Positions 1 to 14,269 of a DNA stretch of 64,000 nt are shown here, in pieces. The translations under genes were made by a program, and so were the position numbers. The stretch's first letter is position 1, and every line of letters begins with the position of its first letter. Origin of the DNA: Lytechinus pictus (taxonomy: Eukaryota); NCBI RefSeq assembly GCF_037042905.1, contig NW_026974140.1, forward strand, positions 9,610,001-9,674,000. Direction: 5' to 3'. Under the pieces are notes generated by a model. It was given only the letters and a program-made list of their open reading frames with translations, had not been told where the DNA came from and made no database searches.

Positions 1-267
1 AAAACTTCATGCCATTTAAGTATAATACCCCTGTTATTTAATTGAGAAAGCAATTTTACTCTAGGTAATCTTGCTCCTCCCAAATCAAAATGCAACCTGG
101 TGTTGCCCCTGTGTGTGACTACATGTAGCATCCATGGACATCTTGAATACAATGATGGCGTAATAATTTACCACAATCCTTTTCTACATGCAAGTCTAGT
201 CATTTGTCATTGTTGTCTCATACCTACCTACTACATGTACATGTACATGTACAATGTACTACATGTA

Positions 268-981
268 CAGTCCGACCTCTCTTATCCGGCCTCCCCTTAT
301 CCGGATCTCTCTATTATCCGGACGCACATTTGCCGAGATTTTTTTTTTTTTTTTTCAATTCAATCTAGTATGTGAGGAAATGAGATTTCAATCTAAACTC
401 AATCCTATGCGCAAACTCACTTTGATTACATATATTCATTATTTTCCAATTTAGTCTACCTACAACATTATTTTTCATGAAAATCACTGAAAGAATTTAG
501 GCAAGATAATTTTCCAGTAAATCAGGGCCAGCGCAAACATTTCATTACGTTCTCTTTTCGTTTCCCGGGAAAAACAATGCATGTCTCGCTAGCTAACGCT
601 AGGCCTCAATACGGACAGCGCCATCTATCATGTTTGAGCCTACAGTCAGTATAACAATGGCTGACATTGGGAAGCTGCGATACCCACCGCGATGATCTAA
701 TTCTCTTTCGAGGGATGCTCAATCATTTTAGTAGGTAAACTATCCAACAGTTTTGGCCATCGATCGATTTCATTTCGGTAAAAATACCGCCTATAATTTG
801 CACTGACACAGCAGTGAATACTGTCTGTACACCCACTACAATAAATAACGTGTAGCTACCGCCGTTAATGTTGGGCAGGCAGCAGCTGCGTGTATTTAAT
901 ATTGGGTCTCCCAGATCCGGATAAATCCCTTATCCGGATTGGTGCTGGTCCCAACGTGTCCGGATAAGAGAGGTCGGACTG
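268..981. mobile_element. Tc1/mariner-pogo type MITE
   Basis: 22-bp perfect TIRs CAGTCCGACCTCTCTTATCCGG / CCGGATAAGAGAGGTCGGACTG, TA on both sides, subterminal TATCCGG repeats, no transposase ORF. Confidence 0.88.
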
Positions 982-2483
982 TACCTTAATGTAGGCTTCT
1001 TTAGATGATGTCTGCTCTAATTGGCTGGAGGTGAGGTTGTGGCACTAGCAGATTGACCATCGGAAAAAATTTATGTGCTTGTCTTTAGATCTTTTACTTG
1101 ATACTGAAAATTTGTAATAAAAAAAATTATCCCAAATCCATTTTACCGCATGATATTTTCTAACATACCAATGATTGTAATTTGATGTTACATTTATGTG
1201 TAGTGCAGGTGCATACATGCAGGCCACTGTGCAATATTAGTAAATGGTATTGGGAGAGGCATCCAAGCAGATGAGACCTTTAACTTTATTTGACAGTAAA
1301 AAGGTTTAGAACAGGATGTTACTATCTTAATAACAAAGGAAGTAGTGACAAGTTTATGTACTTTGGGAATCAGTCAGATATCCTGAAACATGAACATGCA
1401 GATCACTTTTATGAATAATAATAATGCCCTGATTGCCCTTGCAGTCCCAGTTATGATATTATTGGGTGTTGTTGTTGTGTTTTTTTATACATACTTTAAA
1501 AAAAAAAAAAAAAAAAAAGTGAAATAAGTTAAAAAAATACCCAAAACAAGCATATAATGATGTTCATACTTATTTGCTATAGAGATAATGATAAAGTCCA
1601 GTATAGGAAGAGTGTGATGGCACAACGAATGGATTTTGCTGGAGAATTTACCTGCGTATGTGCAAAAGCTATGGGGGAGGGTGCAAAGCCAAATCATTTT
1701 TTTTTTTTTTTTTTTTTTTTTGGGGGGGGGGTGTTTTCTGTTTCCCCTCTTTTGGGTGAAGTACACATCTCAAAGACTTAATTGGAAAATTGCTTTTGTG
1801 TAATAAAGGGGCAGTCCATGCTGTTATCAAACATACATTTATGGGTTATGAGCATTTTACAAAAACATTTTGTGACATTACATCTCAGCAGTTGACCCAT
1901 TACAAATTTCATACTTCCTGTATTTTTAAATTTTTGATAATGAGTGAGGATATTTTTCTCATTTACATGTAAATGTGTATGAAATCATGCATTCTTATTT
2001 CTAAAGAAATAATTTTCTGAAAAATATAATTTCTCCTTCATGTGTTGGTAAAAAACCTATATGTACATGTACTTGCTTTTGGACCAAATGATTTTTTTTA
2101 AATACAAGATGTTCTTATGATGAATATGTGGGGATTTTAGCTGAAGCCTTGTAATAGCCCCCCCCCCCTTCATAAAAGTTCCTATACATATAGTAAAAAC
2201 TAAATATCATAAAGTTAAGAATACAGTTTGAAGCCAAAAAATGAATAAATGAAAATTCACTGCTATTTTCCTGCAAGCAGGAATGTTGCATTCTTGGGTT
2301 AGAAACTGGGAACTTTTTTGCATTTAAGGACTGTAGATGATACTACATGTATTTGATATGTACATGTATGTGGCATGCATGTTGGGTTGAATTATTGTAG
2401 CTACTGTATCAGTTGTCACATGCAGACTTATCTATATGTACAATGAATTTAAAATGTACGTTCTTTTTGTCTTCCAATCACAG

Positions 2484-2676
2484 CCCTCGGAGCAGCCTAT
2501 GGCACGGCAAAGAGTGGTACCGGAGTGGCCGCCATGAGTGTGATGAGGCCAGAGCTTATCATGAAGTCTATCATCCCTGTTGTTATGGCTGGTATCGTCG
2601 GTATCTATGGTCTGGTTGTTGCTGCTGTCATTGCCAATGGAATCCCTTCAGATGCAGGTGCTTACACACTATACAA
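2484..2676 (+). CDS. ATP6V0C: V-type proton ATPase 16 kDa proteolipid subunit c, internal coding exon (first coding exon not found in window)
   Basis: cag|..|gtaagt; reads (A)[52 protein letters not shown]...YTLY(K); phase 1 to phase 2. Confidence 0.97.
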
Positions 2677-2880
2677 GTAAGTAGAACGTTCATTGATCTT
2701 AGTAATGAGTTTTATAGCAAATTAGGAAAATGTGCCATGTGAAAGTATGTAGAGTTTTTAAATGTCTACATTTCAGAAATTGGGGGCTAATTTGACTCTA
2801 ATCCTTTAGCATCATGTAGAGCATACAGAAAATCTCCCAAGTAAAAAAAAAGTCATTTTCGAAAAAAAAAACCCATTTAG

Positions 2881-3076
2881 AGGCGTGATAGCTCAGTCGG
2901 TAAAGGGGGGGGGGGCTCGGATTCTGGTGACCCGGGTTCGATTCCCACTTAGTGCACTAGTGCCCTTTGGCAAGGCATTAATCCTCATTACCAGGTCCCG
3001 CAGAGAGGACCTTAAGCCGTCGGTCCTCTGGTTGCTTACAAGCATTCATGCTTTCTTAGCAGTCAGGTTAAAAAAA
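2881..3076 (+). mobile_element. tRNA-derived SINE (CORE-like) in ATP6V0C intron
   Basis: A box TAGCTCAGTCGG, B box GGTTCGATTCC, CORE-like GTGCCCTTTGGCAAGGCATTAATCCTC, A-rich end; related 3' fragment on minus strand near 42230-42295. Confidence 0.8.
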
Positions 3077-3267
3077 TCACCACCGCCACCACCAGTCAGT
3101 TGCCTCATTTTGTCATGGGACGGCAGTATTTCAAGTAAATATATTTCTTGCTTTGCATATTTTTATTTTTGATGTATTTTTTTGGATAAAATATCAGCAC
3201 ATGTAGTTTTTACGGGATTGTCTGGAACTCAGCATATTAATACTTCCTCTTATCCTTCTCATTACAG

Positions 3268-3472
3268 GAGTTTTATGCACTTGGGTGCCGGTCTTAGCGT
3301 TGGATTGAGCGGACTTGCTGCTGGCTTTGCTATTGGAATAGTAGGAGACGCGGGTGTTAGAGGTACAGCGCAACAACCAAGGCTCTTTGTAGGAATGATC
3401 ATCATCCTTATCTTTGCAGAAGTTCTAGGTCTATACGGTCTGATTGTGGCCCTGGTGTTGTCAACAAAATAG
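3268..3472 (+). CDS. ATP6V0C: V-ATPase subunit c, last coding exon
   Basis: ttacag| [67 protein letters not shown]; includes the proton-carrying Glu of TM4. Confidence 0.98.
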
Positions 3473-5023
3473 ACCACCCCCCCCCCTCAAAAATGTAATA
3501 GTAATTATTTGAATGATTAGGTATGATTGGGCCCCCGTTTATATCTCCGTTGATGTAGTGTTTCAATCAATCGATGTGGTGCCCCAATATATTTGGGTCT
3601 GCTTATGATGTCAAGGAACATGGAAATTCCCATTGCAATGAATGTGAATTGGTATTCAATTGTTCCAATCAGGATATAGACAGATCTTTGGTTCTTGGGT
3701 TTATTCTGTTTAATTAATTTAGTACATGTAGGTGTAATGTGCAGTACTTCTCTTTTTCCCAATCGAAAGGAATATCTGAGAGAAATGTTGTACATTGATT
3801 AAACTTGATCCTCTTCTAATAAACAACCACCTTTCTTCTCTAATCCCCCCCCCCCCCGAGCAATATTAAATGTTAATGGTCTGTACAGTGAAACATTGTA
3901 ATTGATCGCCTGTGACATTGTAGTTTATGTTGGTTTATTGTTTATCATTATTATTATTATTATTAACATAGGTATATTTTTCATGCAAGCTTGCTTGAAA
4001 AAAAAACACTGATGTCCGTTGTCAATAGTTAAGGGTTAATGTGCAAAACAATTCTTTCATATAATCTTTGGAAAATGGTGAAATTTGTTTTATATGGGAT
4101 TCTTCTTTGTTAATGTTTAGTTTGTGTCAAGCTTGGAGTAAAGTACTAGTTGTAGTAGCCTATATATATATTTCCAATCACTGTATATTGGATTGATAGA
4201 CTCTTTAATATGTGATTCAAATGTGGTTTGTTGAATTATGTTTTATTAATGTAAATTCATGCTAGTCCTGAAAAAAAAACCCAGACAAACACAAGAACAT
4301 TTCATTACTAGTACATTTGATTTTACAAAATCATTATATGATATCATCAACTCCAAAATGAAGTTTTATACGTGTACATGTAGTTATCTGGTCTTGAAGA
4401 AGTTGCCCACTTATACACGTACATTTATAATTTTTTCATAACTTTCATTCTAATCTCGGTTCCGCCAGCATTATCTATCATGCTTTACATTGAATCACGT
4501 GTTGCTACTTGAATAACAGAAAGAATTTATTAAACTAAATTGTAAAGATTGAGTTGACCATGTTTCACCCGCAGGATTACCGATATTATTGAATACTGAG
4601 TCCAAGGTGAAATTTGAATTTGTTTATTCACATAGTGAGGACACTAAATTGTGTAAATAATGTACTTTTGGACCTTGTATGTATTCATATGTACAAGACC
4701 TTTCAAGGAACCTTATCAAATTTGATGCAAATATTTTTTTCTGCACTTTGATGGCAAATGCCACTGCCAAATTATGTAAAATATCGGACACATCTCTTCC
4801 TTTTACCTGATTTTTCCATTTTAACAAAGTTAGATGCATTTGTATATAAACACATATATATTCTGAAAGAGACTGGTTTGTCCAGATCAAGATTTATTTC
4901 ATTTTCCACCTAGGTTATAGTGCATTCTATGTAACCAAAGTTATAGCTATATCTGGGAGAAATGATGTGATAAGCATGTACATTGAAACTTTCTAATATC
5001 AGTGAAGTTTGACTTTCTGACAT

Positions 5024-5249
5024 GGGCTGTTAAAACATATCTCAAAACGCATTTTTTAAGGACATCTCAGAAAATGCCGTGTTCTTGAAATATGGCAACC
5101 TCATGTTGCCTGAAAACGGTCTCCTTATTCCTATAGAGAGAACTCTTTTGAAGCAAAAGAAAGTTGTCACCTGCGTCATTACTCCATTAATAGAGGATTT
5201 TCTGAGCTCTCCTCAAAAAGTTTTTGAATTTGGAGAGTTTTAACAGCCC
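5024..5249. mobile_element. MITE (Harbinger-like GGG..CCC ends)
   Basis: TIR GGGCTGTTAAAAC / GTTTTAACAGCCC; related fragments at ~13090-13220 and ~33590-33728. Confidence 0.6.
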
Positions 5250-8200
5250 ACCAACAAAATTTGTTTTGTATGAATACATGATGTGGTATCTCTGGGTTTT
5301 AAGCAATACAATAGGATGAAACTAGAAAGTAATCTTCAGTCAAAGAACAACTGTTCAGCAAAAGAAAATTAAAACGGGTAAATGATTGAAGGGTTTACAA
5401 ATATTCTTGTACGAAAGTGGCAGTCATACTTCTGTTTCCACTAAATAAAGGCATTACTAGACTGGTACCACAGACCTGTTGGGTATATCAAAGAGTTAAG
5501 TATGACTTACATGTAGAGTCGCACTTAAATGCTGACGCGTACACGATATGAAACCCGCAATCATATTGATAAATACGCAGTAGCGCGCGTCCTCTTGGCA
5601 TAATGTGACCAATGCGGTCATGCCTTTTATACCACACGCAACTAGGCAATACCCCCCAGGCTAATACAGGACTTTTGTAAAATGTACATTAGAGTTGAGA
5701 AAAGAAAGTAACATACATGTGGGTTGATGAAGTCATTTTCCCCATCAAGCAATATGTCTTGTAAAAACAATGAGAATGAATTGATGTTGTTTGGGAGGCT
5801 GAAAGACGACAAGGTAATCAGTACTGTATTGACTTCACACTCTTTTCCAGTTTTCTGTCGATTTCTTCCTCTGATAATAGCATGCAGTATGATATAAGAG
5901 CTTCTCCTATGAATACACACATTTGTATGATTAAGAATGCCATATTATTTGACAAATTTTGTAAGATATTGTAATTTATTATTACATGTAGCACCAAATA
6001 ATTATGATCTGTCATTTTAATCCGTTAGTGTACAAATTGTTCATTGCACTCTGTGCAAGTATTAATCATTCCATTTCGTAAAGTGGAAAAGAAGCATGTG
6101 CAAGCGTAAAGGAAAGCCATTCTGTGTTTGTGTACGTGTACTATTATAAATAAAGAGTGAGTAGTTAACAAAAATGACCACTGTTAAATACCGACATGAA
6201 AAAAAAAGTATTTGTTTTGGGGGTGAAATAGTTTCATATTTAGAAATGTTATCCAGCATTGACGAAATCCTTTATATTGTTAGTGTATGAAAAAAAAAGA
6301 TATTATATATCATTAAATATATGTATTAATGAATGTGTACACATGTTTTTGTTTGTATTTACATGTATGCGTATCTATCTCCTTTGTCGAGTGTATGCGG
6401 TGTGTGGCTAACTAGGAAGTCTGCTTGCAGTTAACGGGACTTGCATGTATGCAATCCATGCTCCTATTATCTGACAACTTTCCAGTTGCTTTTCAGGTTA
6501 CCAAAATCAAATCAATGTAGCCCAGAGCGAACATGTGAATTTGCGAGGCCCTATGTGACTGTTTGTGAAATTGATAAAGGTGGGGCTGAGTGTGTTAAAC
6601 TAAGGGAATTAACTTTCAAAATACAAAGTAAACGGGATATCCCTGAGGAAATGACTAAATTCAGTGGCCACAAAAATCTCTTGACAAGTACACGTTATTA
6701 GAATTGAAATAGAAACATTGATGGGTTAAGACATTGCATCAATGAATACCATTAAATGATCATTTATTAAAGGATAATTAATTCATTTTTTAAATCAATT
6801 TTCATCGAGAATCTCTGAATTTTCTGCAATTTAACTTGTTCAAACAATCTTACTCTCTTTCCATAGAATAAGGATAAATTGGGTATCTTTGGAAAGCTGT
6901 TATCATAGTTTCAATCAATAGGAAAAAAATCACAAACAGTCATCAAAGTTGGCTTTATTTATACACCTTGTATAAGGAGATGAAATTCATTTGAAAAATT
7001 ATTAAAAATGAATATTAAAATTCTGATAATGGAATACAATTTGCCAACTGTTACCTATTCACTTAAAAGAAAACAATGAAACTAAAATGCCCATGTAGTA
7101 TTTTCTACTGTGCATCCACCCTTAATATTGCAAATATACGTATATGCAGACCTGTATGCAGGGTTTCCAATTAGGGGGTTCGATTCCTTCTCTTCCTTGG
7201 TTGAAAATTTGACGAGCAAAAAAAAGTCTTCAGTAAAATTCTTTGACATTTCGTATGACAAAAAATATTTTCCTTCCCTATTTTCATTGCTCTGGAAAAT
7301 TAATTTGATCCATATTTTTCAACAGATTTCTTTTTAACACATGAGCTCAATTAAATGACACCTTTCACTTATAGCCAATTCTTTCAGATTGGTAAAAAAA
7401 AATTCCTGAAACTACACATAAATGCCAGTTTCCTCTAATTTTTCTGGTTCTGCAATTCAAGCAAAATTATTTTAGTTTTGATTTCGCCTTTAAGTTGGTA
7501 CACAAATTATTCACTTGACCTTGCTGCATGCAAAGTACATTAGGTACTATACAAGGTGATTACAAGATAAGATCAAACTTTGTCAACAGTCATTCTGCTT
7601 TTGTATGAATCAATTTCCTTATTCCAGTCATTGTGACTCAGAAATGGTAAATTACCAATAGGTCTAAACCTGCTTTATCTAATTTCTGTTCAAATGGTCT
7701 TACATTTTTACTAATCATTTGGTATAATTGCTATTATGCCCATTCACCATAGTACCTTGTTTCCACTCCAGTGATGCTATACCAACATTTTTGTTTTTAT
7801 ACTAGTAATATCAACTTGGTCTAACACCACTTAGGGGGTGTTGAAAGAAAATATTTGCGATCAATTGCAAATTTCAGTTGCAAATATATGAGTGATGGGT
7901 CAATCTTAACCAAAGCAAATCAATTTATACTTGTTGATGCTAGGAGACAATCAATTAATTGCAAATTCGCAATAAAATGCAGGACTTACAATTGATTTTG
8001 AGAGCTAAAATTGACTTGCTATCAATTGCAAGTTTCTTGCAATGTAGTCTATATACTTAAATGAACTGATAATGAACCAAAATTTCATTTGAAAAAGTAA
8101 CATACCGGAAATAAATAGACAAATTGTAAATAAGACCTATTGGGCATTAGACTAAATGAGTATCAAGTGGGAATTGGACCAAGTGTAGTGCAGACTGTAG

Positions 8201-8560
8201 ACTAAACAGCCGTTAGTCTAAATTGATAGTAGACTAAATAGGTTTAGCCCTACCTGAGAAGAAGACTAAGTGAGTCTAGACCTCTCACAGGATGATATTC
8301 AATATACATGTACATGTAACCCTGGAAAAATAAAAATAAATGCAAAGCTGAGCAGTTTCTCAAAGAGATATGAATTCTTGCTGCTCATAGCATTGGGAAA
8401 TATTCATGTGCCAACCTCTAACCAAATGCTTCTGAAACGAAGGTTCGATGGGTCGTAATCTTTTGCATCAATGTCAGGTTGATGAAGGGCCATCATATTA
8501 AATATCATTGTAATAATGGAAGTTTGAGCCTTTTATTATAAAAGGAATATTGCTAGGGGT

Positions 8561-8829
8561 GTGCACGTCGTGGTCTAGTGGTTCTGACTCTCGCCTTTCA
8601 AACAGAGGGTCGTGGGTTCGAATCCTAGCCATGGCACGTTTTCCTTCAGCGAGAAATTTATCCACACTGCTGCACTCGACCCAGGTGAGGTGAATTGGGT
8701 ACTTGGCAGGATTAATTCCTTGCATGCACTGAGCGCTGGTGATGGTAGCTCGAACTAAAGCCGGGGTAATAATAGCAAGCACTTTGTATCCACAGGCAAA
8801 AAGCGCTTTATAAATCCAGCTATTATTAT
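8561..8829 (+). mobile_element. tRNA-derived SINE family A, full length
   Basis: A box TGGTCTAGTGG, B box GGTTCGAATCC, shared core TGCTGCACTCGACCCAGGTGAGGTGAA, (TAT)n tail. Confidence 0.9.
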
Positions 8830-9254
8830 CCTATAATTTCACAAAGAAAAAGGGGATGGAAGAAGGAAAGTTTACAGAGTTAAACAGAATAAGAAAAAAA
8901 AATGGAGGAAAAAAAAGAAAGAAATAGACTGGGTGGATTTTTTTCTTTCTACCTCCATGGCCAGATCAAGAATATGCATATATTACAAGCTACATGTACA
9001 GTAACTTATGTCCTCTATAGTCTATGACCTTGTTACCTTAAAATCTATATCAGATCACCTTAAAGAAATATATGCATACATCGCCTAGTTCTAACTTGAT
9101 CCCTCATACCATTGTTTAGTTATCACAAGAACAATATCTCTTAATGTAAATGATGACCTGTAACTTTTGGCCTCTTGACTAAAGAATTAAATCAGATCAA
9201 GTTTGAAATTGATTTGTTAAACTTTTCTCAAGTAATCATGAAACTGGATGTCCC

Positions 9255-9512
9255 AATAATAATAATAAAGGATTCGTATAGCGCACGTATCCACCTTGTT
9301 AGGTGCTCAAGGCACTCCTACATGTATATTACCCTGGCTAAGCTAGTCTACCGATTCTTGTGCCGGTACCCATTCACCTCGATCACCTGGGTTGAGTGCA
9401 GCACAATGTGGATAAATTTCTTGCAGAAGGATAACACACCATGGCTGGGAATTGAACCCACATCCCTCAGATTGAAAGAAAAGAGTCTTAACCACTAGAC
9501 CACCACGCCCCC
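9255..9512 (-). mobile_element. tRNA-derived SINE family A
   Basis: Reverse complement of the same head and core, with the tail type of the 21259 copy and (ATT)n end. Confidence 0.88.
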
Positions 9513-9809
9513 AATCAAGATGACCTCTGTGACCCTTGACCATGGTATCCCCCAAAACTAATCAGATCATTGTCACTCTTATGCATTCTCGGATCAAGTT
9601 TGAAATTTTTAGGTTCTAAAGTTATCAAGCCGGATGGACAGACAGAACTGGAATACATACAGTAATTATGCGAGTGGAATTAAAAATATAAAAACAGGAA
9701 AAAACCTCCAAGCCCTTGTTGGCTTGCAACTTCACCAATGTCAGCCCCTTCTGTTAAAAATGAGGTTAGTTTGCATCTTGAGTCCCTCTCATGTTAGTAC
9801 TCATTTTAA

Positions 9810-10332
9810 CCCTAAAAGGGCGGGGCATCATGGCTCCCTCCTCAATGCATCAGATGATTTTTATGTAACACAAAGATAGTGCCGCAAAATTTTATGGCTT
9901 TTTTCTTTGAAGTTTACTCCAACTTTTCAAACTAAATTAAAAACATAAGGTATAGCATTATGACATCCACTTTTAACGAGACAATGTCAAGCCAAAATGG
10001 TTAATTGAGAGATGAATTTCACAAAAGAGTGATTTTTCCATTCTTATTAATCAGCTTAATTAATTTAGAGTTAAATTCGATTGTTGATAAGTCTTATTGA
10101 CACAAACGAAAAAAGAAAAAAAAAAAAATTGACCTTCGCCATTTTTCTTTTAAAAAATCATAAAAATGAAAATCTGAACTGAAATTACATGTAGGTGCTA
10201 CATGTAAATATGCAAAATAACTTTAGGATTTTGTTTTTATACTGGCGTGTAGTTTATCTTAAAATGAATGCACATGGTAAATTTTGGAATGATTGCACAA
10301 CTGGCAGCTGATACATATGAAGGGGGGGGGGG
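9810..10332. mobile_element. Possible piggyBac-like non-autonomous element
   Basis: TTAA-CCC...GGG-TTAA ends; TIRs degenerate. Confidence 0.4.
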
Positions 10333-10380
10333 TTAAGAGGGATGAGAGAACATGAAATAAGTTGACAAATTGAAATATTC

Positions 10381-10783
10381 TTGCTGAAGACATCTTGGGA
10401 GGGATGGTAGTACATGGGACAAGTTGAAACATTCTTTAAGTTGAATCTTTCGATGGATGTTGGCACGCTCTTGCTGAAGATTTATTGGGAGGGATGGTAG
10501 TACACGGGACAAGTTGAAACATTCTTTAAGTTGAATCTTTCGATGGATGTTGGCACGCTCTTGCTGAAGATATATTGGGAGGGCGGGTAGTACGTGGGAC
10601 AAGTTGAAACATTCTTTAAGTTGAATCTATCGATGGATGTTGGCACGCTCTTGCTGAAGATATATTGGGAGGGCGGGTAGTACGTGGGACAAGTTGAAAC
10701 ATTCTTTAAGTTGAATCTTTCGATGGATGTTGGCACGCTCTTGCTGAAGATATATTGGGAGGGATGGCAGTACATGGGACAAG
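10381..10783. repeat. 90-bp minisatellite, about 4.5 near-identical copies
   Basis: Unit TTGCTGAAGATATATTGGGAGGG...GATGTTGGCACGCTC restarts at 10381, 10471, 10561, 10651, 10741. Confidence 0.97.
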
Positions 10784-13700
10784 TCCATACATAGATCTCA
10801 TATTCCTGTAGAAAGTACCCCATCTCCTCTAGTCTCCAGTCTCTCTAGATCCCAGCATCATCCTCCATCTCTTGGTATGGTTGTCCATCATCTGTCCTGG
10901 CAAGGTGGTTTGGTTATCAGGACTGACAACACAGTCCAATATGAAGGAATTAGCAAGATGCTAATAAGAGAATAAATCATTTGGTTCTTTCTTGGAGGTT
11001 TTTTTTTTTTTGGATTCCTTAAGAGGAATTCTTCTTTTGAGAACTCTGTACATGTTTTCAACTACTGACTTTACCTGGCACTGATTCTCTTTTTTTTTGC
11101 CTTCCTTTTTTTTATTTTCACTCTCTCTTTTTTTAATCATCCAAAATGTCATGCCAGCTTTTTTTATTTTTTTTTTCAATTTCGGAGAGCTATCTTTTCA
11201 GATTTTGAATGTTTTAATAGTTATTCAAAATCAGGTTTTTCTTTTGTTTTATTTCTTCTTCAGTTGAAAACATAATTGTATTTTTTTCATTTAGTCTAGA
11301 GTTCTCTTTTTGATATTCTTTTCAAACAAACAGTTATCATACATTTCAACAGATTTTACAAAATTGGTACAGGTATATCATGTTTAACTACAAGTACATG
11401 CAGTAGTAAAAATAGTGCATGAGAAATGACTTTAGCCTAGATCCATATGCCTAATTCAATTTGCATATATATATCCAAAGATTTCTTTTTTCCATGGATC
11501 CATTAAAATCCTAGCATCATTAAAACATACCATCAATTAAAAATATGAGCAAAAGTATCCAACCTAAAGTCATTTCTGAACATATGTTTAGTTAAGAAAT
11601 ATACATTATCAAATTCTTGGACAATCATTCAAAATTTCAAATGTGATCAATTCAAAGGAAAGATTTTAAGAGGATTGTAAAGAATGAACATGTCTTGAAG
11701 TTACTTTTTTTAGAGCAACATTTGTATGTAAGTACTACAAGTCAAGACAGGTAAAACTCAGAGACTTCAAGTGCTATTTCATATCTTAAATATCATCTTC
11801 CCAACAATGCTCATTTCTTGTCTATTATTCATATTAATATCAATATATGATACTGCACTGGTCTTCCTTGGTAAGATTTGTAATTGACAATCTATATTGA
11901 AATGCTTTTTAATAAAAATACACTACATGTATAATTGAAAAATGACATGCAAACAAAAAATCATCCCATCATATGGAGAAAACAAATATCAAAAGAAAAC
12001 AACCATTTCTTAGTATTTTCAAAGAAAATATTTCATTGTCAAGAAATTGAAAAGAATGCACCACAAAACAAATTGAAGAGAATAAGCTTACTGTAGCTTA
12101 CGGGCTATTGTGTAAAATATTACTTAGAAAATAGTTAAGATGATATAAATTGCTATGCAAGATTCCAAATGTGCAGGAAGTGATCACTTATAGCCTTTTG
12201 TTTTAAATAAGATGCGACAAAACCATGAATGGTTTTCAAAATGACGAACCAAGGAGTGGAAGTTTTTCGGGGGGGATGGGGGTGTTTAAAAAAGATATGT
12301 TTGTTTAAAAGTGGCATGAGACACATGACCCTAAAATACAAGTCAATCTCTTATATATAAGAACATGTGGTTTATGCCATGACTCGATTCAGAATTCCAA
12401 AGACAAATCCAGTTTAGCGACATTTTAAATGACTTCAGTAAGTGTATTTTTCTGACATCAGTATTTCATTTGCTCAGTCATACAAAGTGGACACAGTCTA
12501 AACCACTGCCAAATCCATGATTCATAATTTCACAATTCCATCAATTCGTCATAGGCTGAATATATTGCATTTTTGCCTATGAATAAGTTATGTTCTTTTT
12601 TACCCAATTCATAAAGTGCAATAGGCAGATCATAGGTAGATTTCAGACAGTTGTATCTATTGTTTTGAATGTTTAAGGCTTTGAAAATTTGTCCTGTACA
12701 TCAGTGAAACAGATGATATCATAAAGTAGAAATGCAAATTATTTTGCTACAAAAATCCTATTACACAATCATATCAAGAAATACATTTCAAAATCCTGAT
12801 ATCAGTACCAATGTATTATTTATTTGATAGAAAAGGTAAGACAATTGACTTCAATGGATCTAATATGGACCTAGCAAACCTGTGACAATTAGACATTCAA
12901 TGTAGAATGTAACAACCATGGACCACATAGGGAACATCCAAAGTCCCATAGCTTTAATACACAGATTACCTGTATAGTTTCTCATGGGTAAATGGGTAAA
13001 GGGTCAATTTTGACCATTAGTAGTTTTTCATAGGTAATGGGGTCATTTTGACCACCTTTCCAAAAAACAAAAACAAAAATCTGCTATAATGTTCAGGAAT
13101 TAGGAGACTGTTTCCAAACAATAATGATGTTGCTCCTATTTCCACATTTCAAAATTTACAGCTTATTTTGAGCTGTCCTATAAATATCAAAATGTTGAGA
13201 TATGAGGGTTTCAACACCCTTGCTATGAAGGACACCAGTGTTACCATTACAGTGGTCGACATCCGTTGGAACCCCCCCCCCCATCAAAATTTATGACAAG
13301 CACTAGTTTTCCCACTAGCAAAGAAAAGTATAACAAAAGATATTCTTAATGTTCAAGCCATGAAAAACAATTTTTTGTTTCGATCTTCCTGTAGCTCTTT
13401 AGCAAATTGTCACACGAATAATTTTCAACCACCAAAAAGAGCCTGGTGATAAGGGACAACCCTGAAGGACATTCATGTATATTACCTTTTGCAGTTGCAG
13501 AAACATTGTAATGTTCAACCCATGATGCCATTCTAAAGATCATCTAATATCCAAAGAAGAGTTATCTGAGAGCGATCTCGATGTACATGTAATTAAAATT
13601 TCTATTCTCTTTTGTACAAAAGATAAAATCCTTAGACAAGACTGGTCATCCCACTTCTATAATTGAGAACTGTATTCGACACCAGCAATGGTGATATCTC

Positions 13701-14173
13701 TATACACAGGCGTTTCTGTTGAACGGTTCAACTATTGAATGTCCAAGAAGATGACTCATATTTGAAAGAAATATGTGCCATTTTAGAGAATCGTCAATGC
13801 CTGAGCCATTCAGAGCAAGCAAACAGCATTTAACCAGTCAAAGTTGTCTTGGAAAGCAATATTCAAATCTGCCATACTAAACAAACTTGTGAGACATTTA
13901 ATATAAAAACACCATCAGTCTTCTTTGGATATTGATAAACAATGGTTCAAGGTTCAAGTATCAAACAACTAATTCTATGACTGATTACACACAACTATGA
14001 ATGAAATCAATTGTAAAAATCGATCCTACAATCAATTGTTTTGTGTCACAAGGCCCTTATTAGATCCAATAATGTCAATAATGGCTACATGCCCTTTTTA
14101 AGCAAGGCATCGGCTTCATTATGTAGTGTTCAATATTTTGCACTCAGAATAAGCATTGAATCTCCTTTAATCG

Positions 14174-14269
14174 TCATCGCTTCCATGATCGTCCTTCCTC
14201 ATCATCCTCTTCCTCCTCGTCATCGACCAGGAGCAGATCGTCCTCAAGCTCGTCTTCCATCTCCTCCTC
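14174..14269 (-). CDS. RBM26: RBM26/27 exon 19 (acidic C-terminus, stop)
   Basis: caacag|EEEMEDELEDDLLLVDDEEEEDDEEGRSWKR TGA. Confidence 0.93.
   Translation of the reverse strand, partial: EEEMEDELEDDLLLVDDEEEEDDEEGRSWKR

Noticed and set aside
1-2483. First coding exon of ATP6V0C
   Set aside because: No segment encoding the expected N-terminal TM1 peptide with a phase 1 donor was found; it presumably lies upstream of the window
2881-2950. tRNA gene calls for tRNA-like sequences (also 8561, 21259, 40770, 53663)
   Set aside because: A and B boxes are present but there is no complete cloverleaf, and they run into non-tRNA body sequence, multicopy in most cases; these are SINE heads
10381-10783. 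CRISPR-like array
   Set aside because: Whole 90-bp units repeat with no unique spacers, there are no cas genes, and the context is eukaryotic
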